A stretch of 36,159 nt of DNA from Armatimonadia bacterium (GTDB taxonomy: Bacteria > Armatimonadota > Zipacnadia > Zipacnadales > UBA11051), in the NCBI GenBank assembly GCA_039683575.1, contig JBDKRC010000255.1, forward strand, positions 1 through 36,159, written 5' to 3'. Below are positions 27,407 through 36,159 of this stretch, piece by piece. The position numbers were made by a program, and so were the translations under genes. The number at the start of each line of letters is the position of its first letter. The first letter of the stretch is position 1. The notes below the pieces were generated by a model. That model was not told the origin of the DNA, made no database searches, and was given only the letters and a program-made list of their open reading frames with translations.

Positions 27407-28465
27407 TTAAGATTCCGCTTCTTCCGTTGTTGTTCCGTCCGCGACGGGGACATTGCGCGCAGGAATGCCCGCCAGTTCCAGCACCTGCCGCTCGATCTCA
27501 GCCGCGATCTCGGGATTCTCCGTCAGGAACACGATTGCATTGTCACGGCCCTGGCCCATGCGATCCTCACCGTAGTTGAACCACGACCCGGACTTGGTGC
27601 AGACCCCACGGTTGATCGCTTCGTCCAGCAGGCACCCCTGCTTGGAGATTCCCAGACCATAGATGATGTCGAACTCGGTCTTCTTGAAGGGCGGCGCAAC
27701 CTTGTTCTTGGCAACCTTCACCGAGGTCTTGCTGCCAATGATGTCGGTCCCGGACTTCAGGCTTTCCGACTTGCGCAGCTCCAGCCGCACCGAGGACCAG
27801 AACTTCAGCGCCCGCCCACCTGGCGTCGTCTCCGGATTGCCGAACATGATACCGATCTTCTCGCGAATCTGGTTGATGAAGATGACGACCGTCTGGGTAT
27901 TGGCAACGGAGCCGCCGATCTTTCGCAGCGCCTGGCTCATTAGCCGCGCCTGCAGGCCCACGTGCGCGTCCCCCATGTCGCCCTGAAGCTCCGCCGCCGG
28001 CACCAGTGCCGCCACCGAGTCGATGACCAGCGCGTCAATGGCCCCGCTACGCACCAGCGTATCGGTAATCTCCAGCGCCTGCTCCCCGGTGTCCGGCTGC
28101 GAGACCAGCAGTTCGTCCAGATTGAGCCCCATTGTCTCGGCCAACTCGCGCGGGAAGGCATGTTCGGCGTCAATGAAGGCCACCGTGCCGCCCAACCGCT
28201 GCGCCTCGGCCAGCACGCTCAACGACAGCGTCGTCTTGCCGGAGCCCTCATTGCCATAGATCTCCACGATCCGTCCCCGGGGCAGGCCTCCGATTCCCAG
28301 CGCTATGTCCAGTGTCAGCGCGCCAGTCGGGATGGCCTCGATGGCCAGCTTGCTGGCGTTCTCACCCAGGCGCATGACCGCTCCGTCGCCGTGCTGCTTC
28401 TGGATCTGTAATAGCGCCAACTCGAGGGCTTTGCTCTTCTTGTCGTCCTGGGGAGGGGCTGCCAT
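27407..28465 (-). CDS. recA: Recombinase RecA
   Basis: [56 protein letters not shown] before ATG 28465; no intein. Confidence 0.98.
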   Translation of the reverse strand: MAAPPQDDKKSKALELALLQIQKQHGDGAVMRLGENASKLAIEAIPTGALTLDIALGIGGLPRGRIVEIYGNEGSGKTTLSLSVLAEAQRLGGTVAFIDAEHAFPRELAETMGLNLDELLVSQPDTGEQALEITDTLVRSGAIDALVIDSVAALVPAAELQGDMGDAHVGLQARLMSQALRKIGGSVANTQTVVIFINQIREKIGIMFGNPETTPGGRALKFWSSVRLELRKSESLKSGTDIIGSKTSVKVAKNKVAPPFKKTEFDIIYGLGISKQGCLLDEAINRGVCTKSGSWFNYGEDRMGQGRDNAIVFLTENPEIAAEIERQVLELAGIPARNVPVADGTTTEEAES

Positions 28466-28501
28466 GTAAAATGCCTCCAACTGTGGTATGTAAAAACTCG
28501 A

Positions 28502-29134
28502 TTATTCTTGCTGCCGGGCGTTCCCGGTCCCGTCGCCGTTTCCATTCCGCCGCGCCTGAAACAACCCCACTTCGGTATACACCGGCCCCTCGGCCTTCAG
28601 GTCGCTCCGGTAAAGCCCGAAAGCCTCGCACCAAAAGCTCTGCGAAGCGAACTCTTCCTCCCGCACCAGCGCCTCGCTCAGTAGCCCCAACCCCCGCTCC
28701 TGCTTCACTCGCCCGATGGTGCAGTGGGGGACGAAGGGCTTGCCGTTCGCCTCGAGCAGCAGCGCCTCATCTTCCAGCGCGTGGTGCAGCTTCCGCGCCA
28801 GCTTCCCAAGCTGCTCCTGCCCCTGTCCAACCCCAACCCAGACAGTCTGCGGGTGGGAAGCCTTCGGAAACGCTCCAACTCCCTGCAACTGCACCGCAAA
28901 CGGCTCGCATTCACGCGCGAGACGCTCTCCCACCGCCTTCAGGTCCCGGGCCATGGGCGCCGGCGTCGCCCCCAGAAACTTCAGCGTGAAGTGCAGGTTA
29001 TACGGCTCAACCCACTTCACCTTGACCCCTGACGCCTGCAAGCGCTCCTGCAGCGCCGCGACCTCCGCGACGATTGCCTCGGGCACTTTCACCGCAAAAA
29101 ACAGCCGCCAACTCTCTTCCGGATCCCAGGCCAC
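28502..29134 (-). CDS. thpR: RNA 2',3'-cyclic phosphodiesterase (2H family)
   Basis: RLFFAV; two HxT motifs (LHFTLKFLG, PHCTIGR). Confidence 0.93.
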   Translation of the reverse strand: MAWDPEESWRLFFAVKVPEAIVAEVAALQERLQASGVKVKWVEPYNLHFTLKFLGATPAPMARDLKAVGERLARECEPFAVQLQGVGAFPKASHPQTVWVGVGQGQEQLGKLARKLHHALEDEALLLEANGKPFVPHCTIGRVKQERGLGLLSEALVREEEFASQSFWCEAFGLYRSDLKAEGPVYTEVGLFQARRNGNGDGTGNARQQE

Positions 29135-29182
29135 AGTACCACCCCGTCAACGCGTAGTAACAGCTCTCTACGGTCACATCGC

Positions 29183-29208
29183 GTAGGTCGGTTCGTCCTC
29201 GAACCGAC
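29183..29208 (+). repeat. GTAG REP-like palindrome
   Basis: GTAG-GTCGGTTCG-tcct-CGAACCGAC. Confidence 0.65.
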
Positions 29209-29219
29209 ACCGGTTCCCT

Positions 29220-30464
29220 CTACAGCGTCCCCAAAATCCTCTTCCGCAGCATCCCCAACGCCATCTGCGACACCCGCTGCTTGAACTGCTCCCGCGTGCC
29301 AGGCCAAAGCTGCATCTGCACGATGGTATCGGTATCGTCGGCTACCGCCATATACACCAGCCCCACCGGCTTCTTATCGGTCCCTCCGGACGGCCCCGCA
29401 ATCCCGGTCGTCGCAATCGCGTAATCCGCCCCGGTCGCGTCCCGAGCCCCCTCAGCCATTGCCCGTGCGCATTCCTCGCTGACTGCCCCATGCTCGGCAA
29501 TGACTGCCGCCGGGACCTTCAGGAGATCGATCTTGGCTTCGTTCGCATACGTCACGAGCCCCGCCACGAAGTAGTCCGACGCGCCCGGCACGTCCGTGAG
29601 CTTGTTCGCAATCAGCCCGCCGGTGCAGCTCTCGGCCACCGCCAGCGTCTGCCCTCGCTCCCGCAGCAGCTTCCCCACCACACTCGCCATGGTGTCATCG
29701 TCCACCCCAAATACATGCGCGCCCAGAAGCTCCCGCATGCGCCGCTCAACCGGCTCGAACCGCGCCTTTGCGGTCGCCTCATCCGGGGCCTTCGTCGCCA
29801 TCCGCACCCTCACCAGCGCCGGAGACGCATACATGGCGATCGTCGGATCAGTCTGCTCATCAATGAGATCGCTCAGAACGTCGGCAACCTGCGACTCGCC
29901 GATATCCATGAGCAGCAGCGAGCGGGAATAGAGCTGGTTGATCTCTCCGAACTCGGCACGCAAGATGGGGAGGATGCTGCGCTCGGTCATCTCGCGCAGT
30001 TCCGTCGGGGGGCCGGGGGCCGCGAAGATCAGCCGGCCCTCGTGGCGCATGAAGACACCGGGGGCGGTGCCGCACACATTCTCCATGTGTTCGGCGCCCT
30101 CGGGGGCATCGGCCTGTTTGAGGTTACTATCAGCCAGGGGACGGTTGCGGGCGGCGAAGAACTCCCGCAGACGCTTCTCGGACTCCGGTACTCGCCGGAG
30201 TGGGCGCTGCGTAGCCGCTGCAATACCCTCACGGGTGAGGTCGTCCTCGGTCGGACCGAGGCCTCCCGTGATCATGATGATGTCCGCCCGGGACAGGGCG
30301 GTGACAAGCACTTCAGTCAGCCGTGCGAGATTGTCCCCTACCGTGTGCCGGTAGTGGACATCAACCCCCAAATCCGCCAGTTTTTGCGACAGGTATGAGG
30401 CATTGGTATCGACAATCTCGCCCAGCAGCAACTCCGTGCCAACTGAGATGATCTCCGCTTTCAA
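29220..30464 (-). CDS. cinA: Competence/damage-inducible protein CinA (MoCF-like domain plus PncC NMN deamidase)
   Basis: SVGTELLLGEIVDTN, TGGLGPTEDDLT, AESCTGG, GAVSEECA, TGIAGP; TTG start. Confidence 0.96.
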   Translation of the reverse strand: MKAEIISVGTELLLGEIVDTNASYLSQKLADLGVDVHYRHTVGDNLARLTEVLVTALSRADIIMITGGLGPTEDDLTREGIAAATQRPLRRVPESEKRLREFFAARNRPLADSNLKQADAPEGAEHMENVCGTAPGVFMRHEGRLIFAAPGPPTELREMTERSILPILRAEFGEINQLYSRSLLLMDIGESQVADVLSDLIDEQTDPTIAMYASPALVRVRMATKAPDEATAKARFEPVERRMRELLGAHVFGVDDDTMASVVGKLLRERGQTLAVAESCTGGLIANKLTDVPGASDYFVAGLVTYANEAKIDLLKVPAAVIAEHGAVSEECARAMAEGARDATGADYAIATTGIAGPSGGTDKKPVGLVYMAVADDTDTIVQMQLWPGTREQFKQRVSQMALGMLRKRILGTL

Positions 30465-30634
30465 GGGAAGTGTACTTTACCTGGTTCATTCGCTGTAGAG
30501 CGGCGGAGAAGTATCTCCCATCCGCCGTCAGCATTCTTCGGTAGCAACGCCAAAGGTGTCCGCAATCACCCCGCCGGCACACCTGTTCCTGGCCGGCTCG
30601 CGGAACCCTGAAGGCCGATTAACAACGTGAGGCA

Positions 30635-30663
30635 ATTGTAGTGGATGCAGGCCTTTCCGTCAA
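30635..30663 (-). promoter_or_regulatory. Sigma70-type promoter of the cinA-recA operon
   Basis: TTGACG (30663-30658), 17 nt, TACAAT (30640-30635). Confidence 0.75.
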
Positions 30664-32141
30664 GGTCGCCCGCCCTTCGCGGGACCACCAATGACTACCT
30701 CAACCCCCACCACCCGCACCGTCTCACCCTCGGCCGCCTTCACCTGCACTTCCGCCCGTTCACGCCCCTCCAACGCCTTCACCGGCACCCCAAACCTCAC
30801 CACTCCGCCCTCCCGCGCCTCGAGCACCCCTGCGACCCCATTCACCGTCACCGCCGGCGCCTTCGCCTCACCTTCCAGGGCCAACTCCAGCCCCACTTTC
30901 GCCCCCGCTTCGGGCGCAGGCCCCGTCGCGACCTCAAACCGAAGCTCTCTACCCTCAGCCGGCAGCGGCGCCTCGTACTTCTCCTTCGGCCCCACGATAT
31001 CCCGCCACGTCACCGCATGCCGCCTCGGCAGCCTCTCAAGCTCTCCCAGCGACCTCATCGCCCGCAGCGTCCGCAGATACTCATCCCGAGTCCATTCGCC
31101 CCCGCCGATGATGCTGCCGAAGTAGTTGAACAGGTACACCGCATCCGCCCCGCCCTCCAAAACCGTCGCCGCCGCCCCCCGCGCCTGCTCCGGCCGAACC
31201 GTCTGCAACTTCGTGCCCGGGACCGGGTTATGGTTGATCTCCAGCCCCCCCGCCAGCGTAACTCCCGTCCCTTCCAAAAGCCTCTTCCACTCCCCAATCG
31301 GCATGTCATACTCCAGCGTCGCCCACCGCGGTGTCACCACCACCAGGTCCGCCAGCCCGTCCTGCGCCCACTTCACCACCTCCAGCCCCCAGCCCGTCGC
31401 CACCTCCACCCGCGACGGCACCCGCACTCCCAGCTTCACCGCATGCCCGCGCCGCGCCGCCGTCTCCTCCACCAGCTTCCGCACCCCTCGCAGCCACTCC
31501 GTCAGCACCGCCGCCCCGGCCGCCTCCTGCCCCTCGCGAAACAGGTACGGCTCCCGCATGAAGTCCAGCTCTAACCCATCTATGTCATAACGCTCCAGCG
31601 TCTCCACAATCAGCTTGAAGTACATCTCCCGCACTTCCGCCTGCCCATAGTCCAGCCCCCGCGCAAAGTACCCAAAGTCTCCACCCAGGTGGTACTTCGC
31701 CTCCCGCCACAGCTCTCCATGAAACGGGTGGTTCAGATCGTCATTGAAGTGCACATCATTCATCCGCAGCGAAATCCACCCCGCCATCCCCTTCTCCCGC
31801 GCCCGCGCCACCATCCGCGCCGGATAGTCCACCCCCTGCGCGTCCAGTGCCCACATGCTATGCACCAGCCGCCGGTAACTCTCCCGCCCCGCCTCCGGCA
31901 TCCGCCGCAAATACTCCTGATCATCCCCACCCTCCGGCTCATACCCGTCCCAAAACGCCTCCCAGACCCCGCTACGGTAATTCGTCTTCCGCGCATTGGT
32001 ATTGCACAAAAGCACCTTCACCCCAGCCTCAGCCACCAAATCCACATACTCAGCCAGCATCTACCCCCCCTCCACCCCCGCCCGTATCTCATGGTTATAG
32101 AAGAAATCCGTACAATCCTCATTAAAGATAGGCCCCAGCAT
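30660..32141 (-). pseudogene. GHL10-like glycoside hydrolase interrupted by an in-frame TAG at 32061-32063
   Basis: ATG 32141 with AAGGGG RBS reads MLGPIFNEDCTDFF..VEGG, TAG, then MLAEYVD.. in the same frame; SLRMND and YDIDGLELDFMR motifs. The 466-aa downstream part may still be translated. Confidence 0.6.
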
Positions 32142-32182
32142 AGCATGCCCCTTTCCCAACCGTAATGCCGTCTCAAAAACGC

Positions 32183-32368
32183 GTAGGTGGGTGCGTCTCG
32201 CACCCACACCCTGTCCATAGTCGCGTAGCCCTGCCGTCAGGCCTAGTCGTAGGTACGCTTCAGCGACGTCTGCGTCGCAGGGCATCCCGCCCGCTCCGGC
32301 CGTTCGCCGGGACCGCGGGCATCCTTGCCCGCACGTCGTTGTCGCGGGCCCTGCGGAGTGACGCCTAC
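32183..32368. repeat. Cluster of REP-like palindromes
   Basis: GTAG-GTGGGTGCG-tct-CGCACCCAC (32183-32207); GCGACG-tctg-CGTCGC (32263-32278); GCGGGCA-tcct-TGCCCGC (32315-32332); further GTAG/CTAC-bounded remnants. Confidence 0.6.
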
Positions 32369-32396
32369 ACTCCGCCACTGCCCTTCCCGTCGCAAG

Positions 32397-33614
32397 CTAC
32401 TTCTCCACAGGGCGAAACCAAAGCCCCCGCGGCAGCTTCACTCGCCCGCCATTTAGCGCCTCCCGAACATCCATCGCCGGCCAGGGACAGCGCTCATGGG
32501 ACATGTACTGGTGCACCTTTTGGAGGTAGGTCCGCTGTTCGTCGCTCATTTTGCCTCGTGCCTGCGCGAGGTAAATCTGCCGGTATGCTTCCAGTATCCA
32601 GTTGTCGGATTTCATTCGCGCAAGTTGCTGTGCAGCCGCTTTGTTCGGGCCCCGCCAGGTGTCGCAGGCAGCTCCCATGAGGGTCGTCCAAGCCTTCTGC
32701 TCGGGCTTCTCACCCTTGGAGGCCCAGTATCTCACAATGTCCACAGCCTCAGCTTCATGATCATGGAGGACAAGTGCGGCCTCGCAGAACGCCTCCTCGA
32801 CGTCTGGTACCTCTGAACGGTACTTCGCCAGAAGCGTCCGAGCCTCTTTCGCCCGCCCTACCCGGCCGTGCACGAGGCACATCCCATAGAGATAATCCAG
32901 GGGCGCGTCACCGCGCTCCACGGCCTCCATGTATTCATCGGCGGCCTGCTCGTATCTCCGCATCCCTTCGCTGCCGACCGCTGCAAAATTGAGTAAACTA
33001 TAATCCTGCGGTCTCAGTCCCATCCACAGGGTTACACTGTTGTGGGCGTCCACATAGCGCTCTAAGCCCAGGTAGATCCAGGCCAACTCCTCGGCGACCC
33101 CGCGCAGCAGGTAATGGTCGGGCCGCGGCGCCTGTATCCCAACGGTCCATGCCGAACCAAACTCGCGGGCCGCCGCGTTCATATCCCAAAGCAACTCCGC
33201 TCGTAGCCCTCTGCAGATGTAGGGCGCTGCACTGCCTGGATAGTATTTCTCCACTTCGTCTGCGAGTTTGCTCAACTGCTCTGCTCGGCATGTGCCTCCG
33301 TAGTATTCGGCAAGCATCACGTAACTGCCGTAACGCAGCCTCCTTCCCCGGCTGAACAACTCCGACAAAAGCCGCGGACCTTCCATATCCTGAGCTCTCC
33401 AGAGCGCCGCCCCTAAAGCCTCCGTCGTCCACTGGCATGGAACCATACTGTGAGCGATTCGGTACCAGTAGGCGGCCCGACTGTACTCATGCTGCTTATA
33501 GCTCCACCTCCCCATCAGGGGTGGCACGGCGACCACTACTATCACAACCGCCAGCACCACAGGTATCACCCACCGCCGCGGCCTCTTCGCCTGACCTTCA
33601 ATCCCCTGAGACAT
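32397..33614 (-). CDS. Membrane-anchored TPR-like hypothetical protein
   Basis: GGGGGAG before ATG 33614; basic-then-hydrophobic anchor (RRWVIPVVLAVVIVVVAV); helical repeats (ELAWIYLGLERYVDA, MRRYEQAADEY, GRAKEARTLL). Confidence 0.65.
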   Translation of the reverse strand: MSQGIEGQAKRPRRWVIPVVLAVVIVVVAVPPLMGRWSYKQHEYSRAAYWYRIAHSMVPCQWTTEALGAALWRAQDMEGPRLLSELFSRGRRLRYGSYVMLAEYYGGTCRAEQLSKLADEVEKYYPGSAAPYICRGLRAELLWDMNAAAREFGSAWTVGIQAPRPDHYLLRGVAEELAWIYLGLERYVDAHNSVTLWMGLRPQDYSLLNFAAVGSEGMRRYEQAADEYMEAVERGDAPLDYLYGMCLVHGRVGRAKEARTLLAKYRSEVPDVEEAFCEAALVLHDHEAEAVDIVRYWASKGEKPEQKAWTTLMGAACDTWRGPNKAAAQQLARMKSDNWILEAYRQIYLAQARGKMSDEQRTYLQKVHQYMSHERCPWPAMDVREALNGGRVKLPRGLWFRPVEK

Positions 33615-33636
33615 GCTTACTCCCCCAATCTCTGAT

Positions 33637-36000
33637 TCAGTCTTCTCTCCTCCCCGTCCGCAAGAACCCCTCCCACCGCCTCCGATACTCCGCCTTCCAC
33701 TCCGCCACCGCCCCCTCATAGCTGTATTCCTCCGTCCCATCACGCACCCTCCCCTCCAGCACCAACTCCCGCGTCCCCACCGGCACCTCAACCTGCTCGC
33801 TCGCCTCACCCTCCCAGAACCACGGCACCCGCACCCAAATCCTCTCCGGCGCCTCCCGGAACTCCGTCGGCAGCGTCACTACCAGCCGCCCCTCTTCCGC
33901 CCGCACGGTCAGGCTCAGCGGCCCAAACTTCGACGGCGCCTCCTTGACCTCGATCACCTTCCCAGGCTGCACCCACTCCGGCGATACCGCCGACAGCAGC
34001 CACAGGTCCCGCCCCTGCTCGCGCACCAGCATGTTGCGCATCGCCTGGATCATCTTCGCCGCCGAGGTCCCCTGCGGGATCAGGTTGTGCACATGGCTGC
34101 AGTCCCGCGTGCCCCACGGAATCGTCCCGAACTCCCCGGTCATGTGGGTCGAGGACGTGTGCAGAAGCATGGCGTATAGCTCGCGCAGCGCCCACTGCTG
34201 GTCCTCCGCCGTCCCCTGCGCCAGCGCTGTCTGCGTCATGTTCGGCGTCTGCCAGTAGTGCAGGCCCGCCTGATCGTTGAAGCTAAACTCCTCACCGTGC
34301 CGATCCGTCGCCACCGGCAATATGAAGGCGAGCAGCCCCTCCACGTACTCTCCCCGCACTTTCTGAAGCGTGGCCGTCACCCGCTCATCAAACGGCTCAA
34401 ACAGCGGCTCCGGGTACACCAGCAGCAGATTGTCCCAGTCATTTCCGAGCGTAGTCCGCTCCAACCCCGGAGGGATGTACCCGCCGCTTTGCGCCGTCTG
34501 CCGCGCCAGAAGCCTCTCAAAGTTGCCTCTGAACCGCTCGTACTGCCCCTGAAACCGCCTCGCCTCCTCCTCATGGCCCATGGCCTCAGCCATCCGCACC
34601 GCGCACCGCAGCCCGATCAGCCCCCACATTGCCTGCCCGGTCTGCCGGCAGTCCTTCAGGTACGCGTCATCCGCAATGGTCGCCGGGGGCCACAGCCCCT
34701 CGGGGTCCTTCGCCACAACCTCCGCCTGCCACGCCATCCCCTTCACCACCGCCGGGTACACCTCGCGCAGAAACTCCTCATCCCGCGTCAACTCATAGTG
34801 CCGCGCAAACCCCCACAGGTTGTAGCCCCACATTTCCCACCACATCCCCGTAGGCCGCCCCTCGACCCTGAAAGCCCCATCCTCACTCTGCTGCCGCGCC
34901 AGGAACCGCAGCCCCTCGCGGCAAATGTCCAACTGCCCCATGAACTCGAGTGACGCCAGGATATCGTTGGTATTCCCGCCCGCGTACCAGCTGTGATACT
35001 GGAACTTGTTCACAGTAGGGAAGAGGTCGTCCCCCATCCGGTCGAAGCCCAGCAGGTTCACCATCGTATTGGCCAGCAGATAGTCCTGCAGCTTCTCCTC
35101 GGGAAAATGAAGCGTCGCCCGCTGTCTTACAAAACCATCCCAGAACGCCACCGTCTTCGCCAGCAGCGCCTCATAGTCCGCCTCCCGAATCAGCCGCGCC
35201 GCCTCCGAATCCGGCAACACCGGCACAATCGGGAGCTTGTACACAATCGCCTGACTCTCGCCCGGATGCAGGTGCAGGCAATGCCTCACCACCCCAACAG
35301 GCTCATCGGCTGAGACGGTGTGTGTCGGGTCCGGATTGCCCTCGATCTCCCCCGAGAAATACCGCCGCATCTGCAAGCCCGTATCCATCAAGGTGGCCGT
35401 CCGCGAGCAGGGAGTGGGGGAGAGGGGCACGAAGTAGACCACCCGCCCATCCCGCAGTACACCGTCCCCCTCAAGCGTGATCCTGACCTGCGTAGCCCCA
35501 AAATCCAGCCCCTCCAGCGCCCCGGCCGGCAGGCGGTCCCCCCGCTGGCCGAACCGGTAGTCTCCTCCGGAGGCATAGGCCATGTTGGACGGCGCTCGGA
35601 GCCGGCAGGCCGCAGAGACAAACGCCGCCCGCTCCTCCTGGCACACATTCTCCGTCGTAACCTTCACCAGATTCACCGGCTGGCCCGCCAGTGCCCCTCC
35701 CAGGTCCGCAGCGAACATCTGGTAGCTGTACCGCACTCCGTACCGCTCAAACGAAAACTCCACGACGGGCATAGAGCCCTCGTGGAGTGTCTTGATCCGG
35801 CAGTTCAGAGGCTCCGGCGGGTTGCCCGTAAACAGCATCAACTCGCCATAGCCAGTGAAAACATACCCTTCCGGCGTGACTTCGCTGCCGAGTGGAGCAT
35901 ACATCGCGCCGATCAGGTCGTTGGGGTGAGCATAGTATGAGAACGGCTGGTCCGGCGGGTCCATCACCTCGGGGTCAAGCATGCCATCGGGAATGATCAT
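33637..36000 (-). CDS. Six-hairpin (alpha/alpha)6 glycosidase-like protein
   Basis: LWGFARHYELTRDEEFLREVYPAVVKGMAW and GLRCAVRMAEAMG helices; GH95/GH65-like C-terminal strands (MLVREQGRDLWLLSAVSPEW..APSKFG); GAGGG RBS. Confidence 0.75.
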   Translation of the reverse strand: MIIPDGMLDPEVMDPPDQPFSYYAHPNDLIGAMYAPLGSEVTPEGYVFTGYGELMLFTGNPPEPLNCRIKTLHEGSMPVVEFSFERYGVRYSYQMFAADLGGALAGQPVNLVKVTTENVCQEERAAFVSAACRLRAPSNMAYASGGDYRFGQRGDRLPAGALEGLDFGATQVRITLEGDGVLRDGRVVYFVPLSPTPCSRTATLMDTGLQMRRYFSGEIEGNPDPTHTVSADEPVGVVRHCLHLHPGESQAIVYKLPIVPVLPDSEAARLIREADYEALLAKTVAFWDGFVRQRATLHFPEEKLQDYLLANTMVNLLGFDRMGDDLFPTVNKFQYHSWYAGGNTNDILASLEFMGQLDICREGLRFLARQQSEDGAFRVEGRPTGMWWEMWGYNLWGFARHYELTRDEEFLREVYPAVVKGMAWQAEVVAKDPEGLWPPATIADDAYLKDCRQTGQAMWGLIGLRCAVRMAEAMGHEEEARRFQGQYERFRGNFERLLARQTAQSGGYIPPGLERTTLGNDWDNLLLVYPEPLFEPFDERVTATLQKVRGEYVEGLLAFILPVATDRHGEEFSFNDQAGLHYWQTPNMTQTALAQGTAEDQQWALRELYAMLLHTSSTHMTGEFGTIPWGTRDCSHVHNLIPQGTSAAKMIQAMRNMLVREQGRDLWLLSAVSPEWVQPGKVIEVKEAPSKFGPLSLTVRAEEGRLVVTLPTEFREAPERIWVRVPWFWEGEASEQVEVPVGTRELVLEGRVRDGTEEYSYEGAVAEWKAEYRRRWEGFLRTGRRED

Positions 36001-36159
36001 GTCACCCTCGCAAAATGTGGTAGTGAACGGCGCAAAAAGACCCCCGAGTTGCGCAAACGAAGTTAACCAATGCTGATATTGGAAGATTTGAGATACAATA
36101 ACAGCGGGATGCTACCCATGTATCAAAACGAAGAACTTAACATCCCAGAGCAGCCCCTC

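Noticed and set aside
30595-30612. AGGGTTCCG resembling the guanidine-I (ykkC) riboswitch
   Set aside because: The downstream conserved elements of that aptamer are absent and the gene context does not fit.
32061-32063. Genome-wide TAG reassignment or pyrrolysine
   Set aside because: TAG terminates several well-defined genes here (GNAT, ribBA, rny, cinA), and no pyl machinery is visible.
33615-33809. N-terminal extension of the TPR-like ORF
   Set aside because: Overlaps the upstream glycosidase gene, is low-complexity, and a better RBS/ATG exists at 33614.
36118-36159. Possible start of a plus-strand gene (MYQNEELNIPEQPL) after an AT-rich spacer
   Set aside because: Only 14 codons are visible and there is no clear RBS; cannot be supported within the window.

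Overview
GC-rich bacterial chromosomal window with no rRNA, tRNA, CRISPR array, transposase or phage gene that I can support. Left to right: a DUF1385 gene (cut by the window edge); rpmE; an unusual secreted HlyD/membrane-fusion-like protein with a C-terminal CHAP/NlpC-like Cys-His domain; a sugar-phosphate isomerase; a DUF4838-type secreted protein; a GNAT; an ArsR-type regulator; and a minus-strand operon (giant GH42-like protein, beta-helix protein, two paralogous small Cys-rich V4R-like proteins). Next come a riboflavin operon (membrane ORF-ribD-ribE-ribBA-ribH-htrA) whose RibB half looks catalytically dead, a GH36 alpha-galactosidase, and the conserved cinA-thpR-recA-recX-rny-ymdB-spoVS block. 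The window ends with a GHL10-like hydrolase split by an in-frame TAG, a TPR-like membrane protein and a six-hairpin glycosidase-like protein. Intergenic DNA carries several GTAG-type REP-like palindromes and structured leaders. The Terrabacteria-type core synteny plus many large secreted CAZyme-like proteins suggests an Armatimonadota-like organism (inference only). All family assignments come from motif recognition, not database searches.
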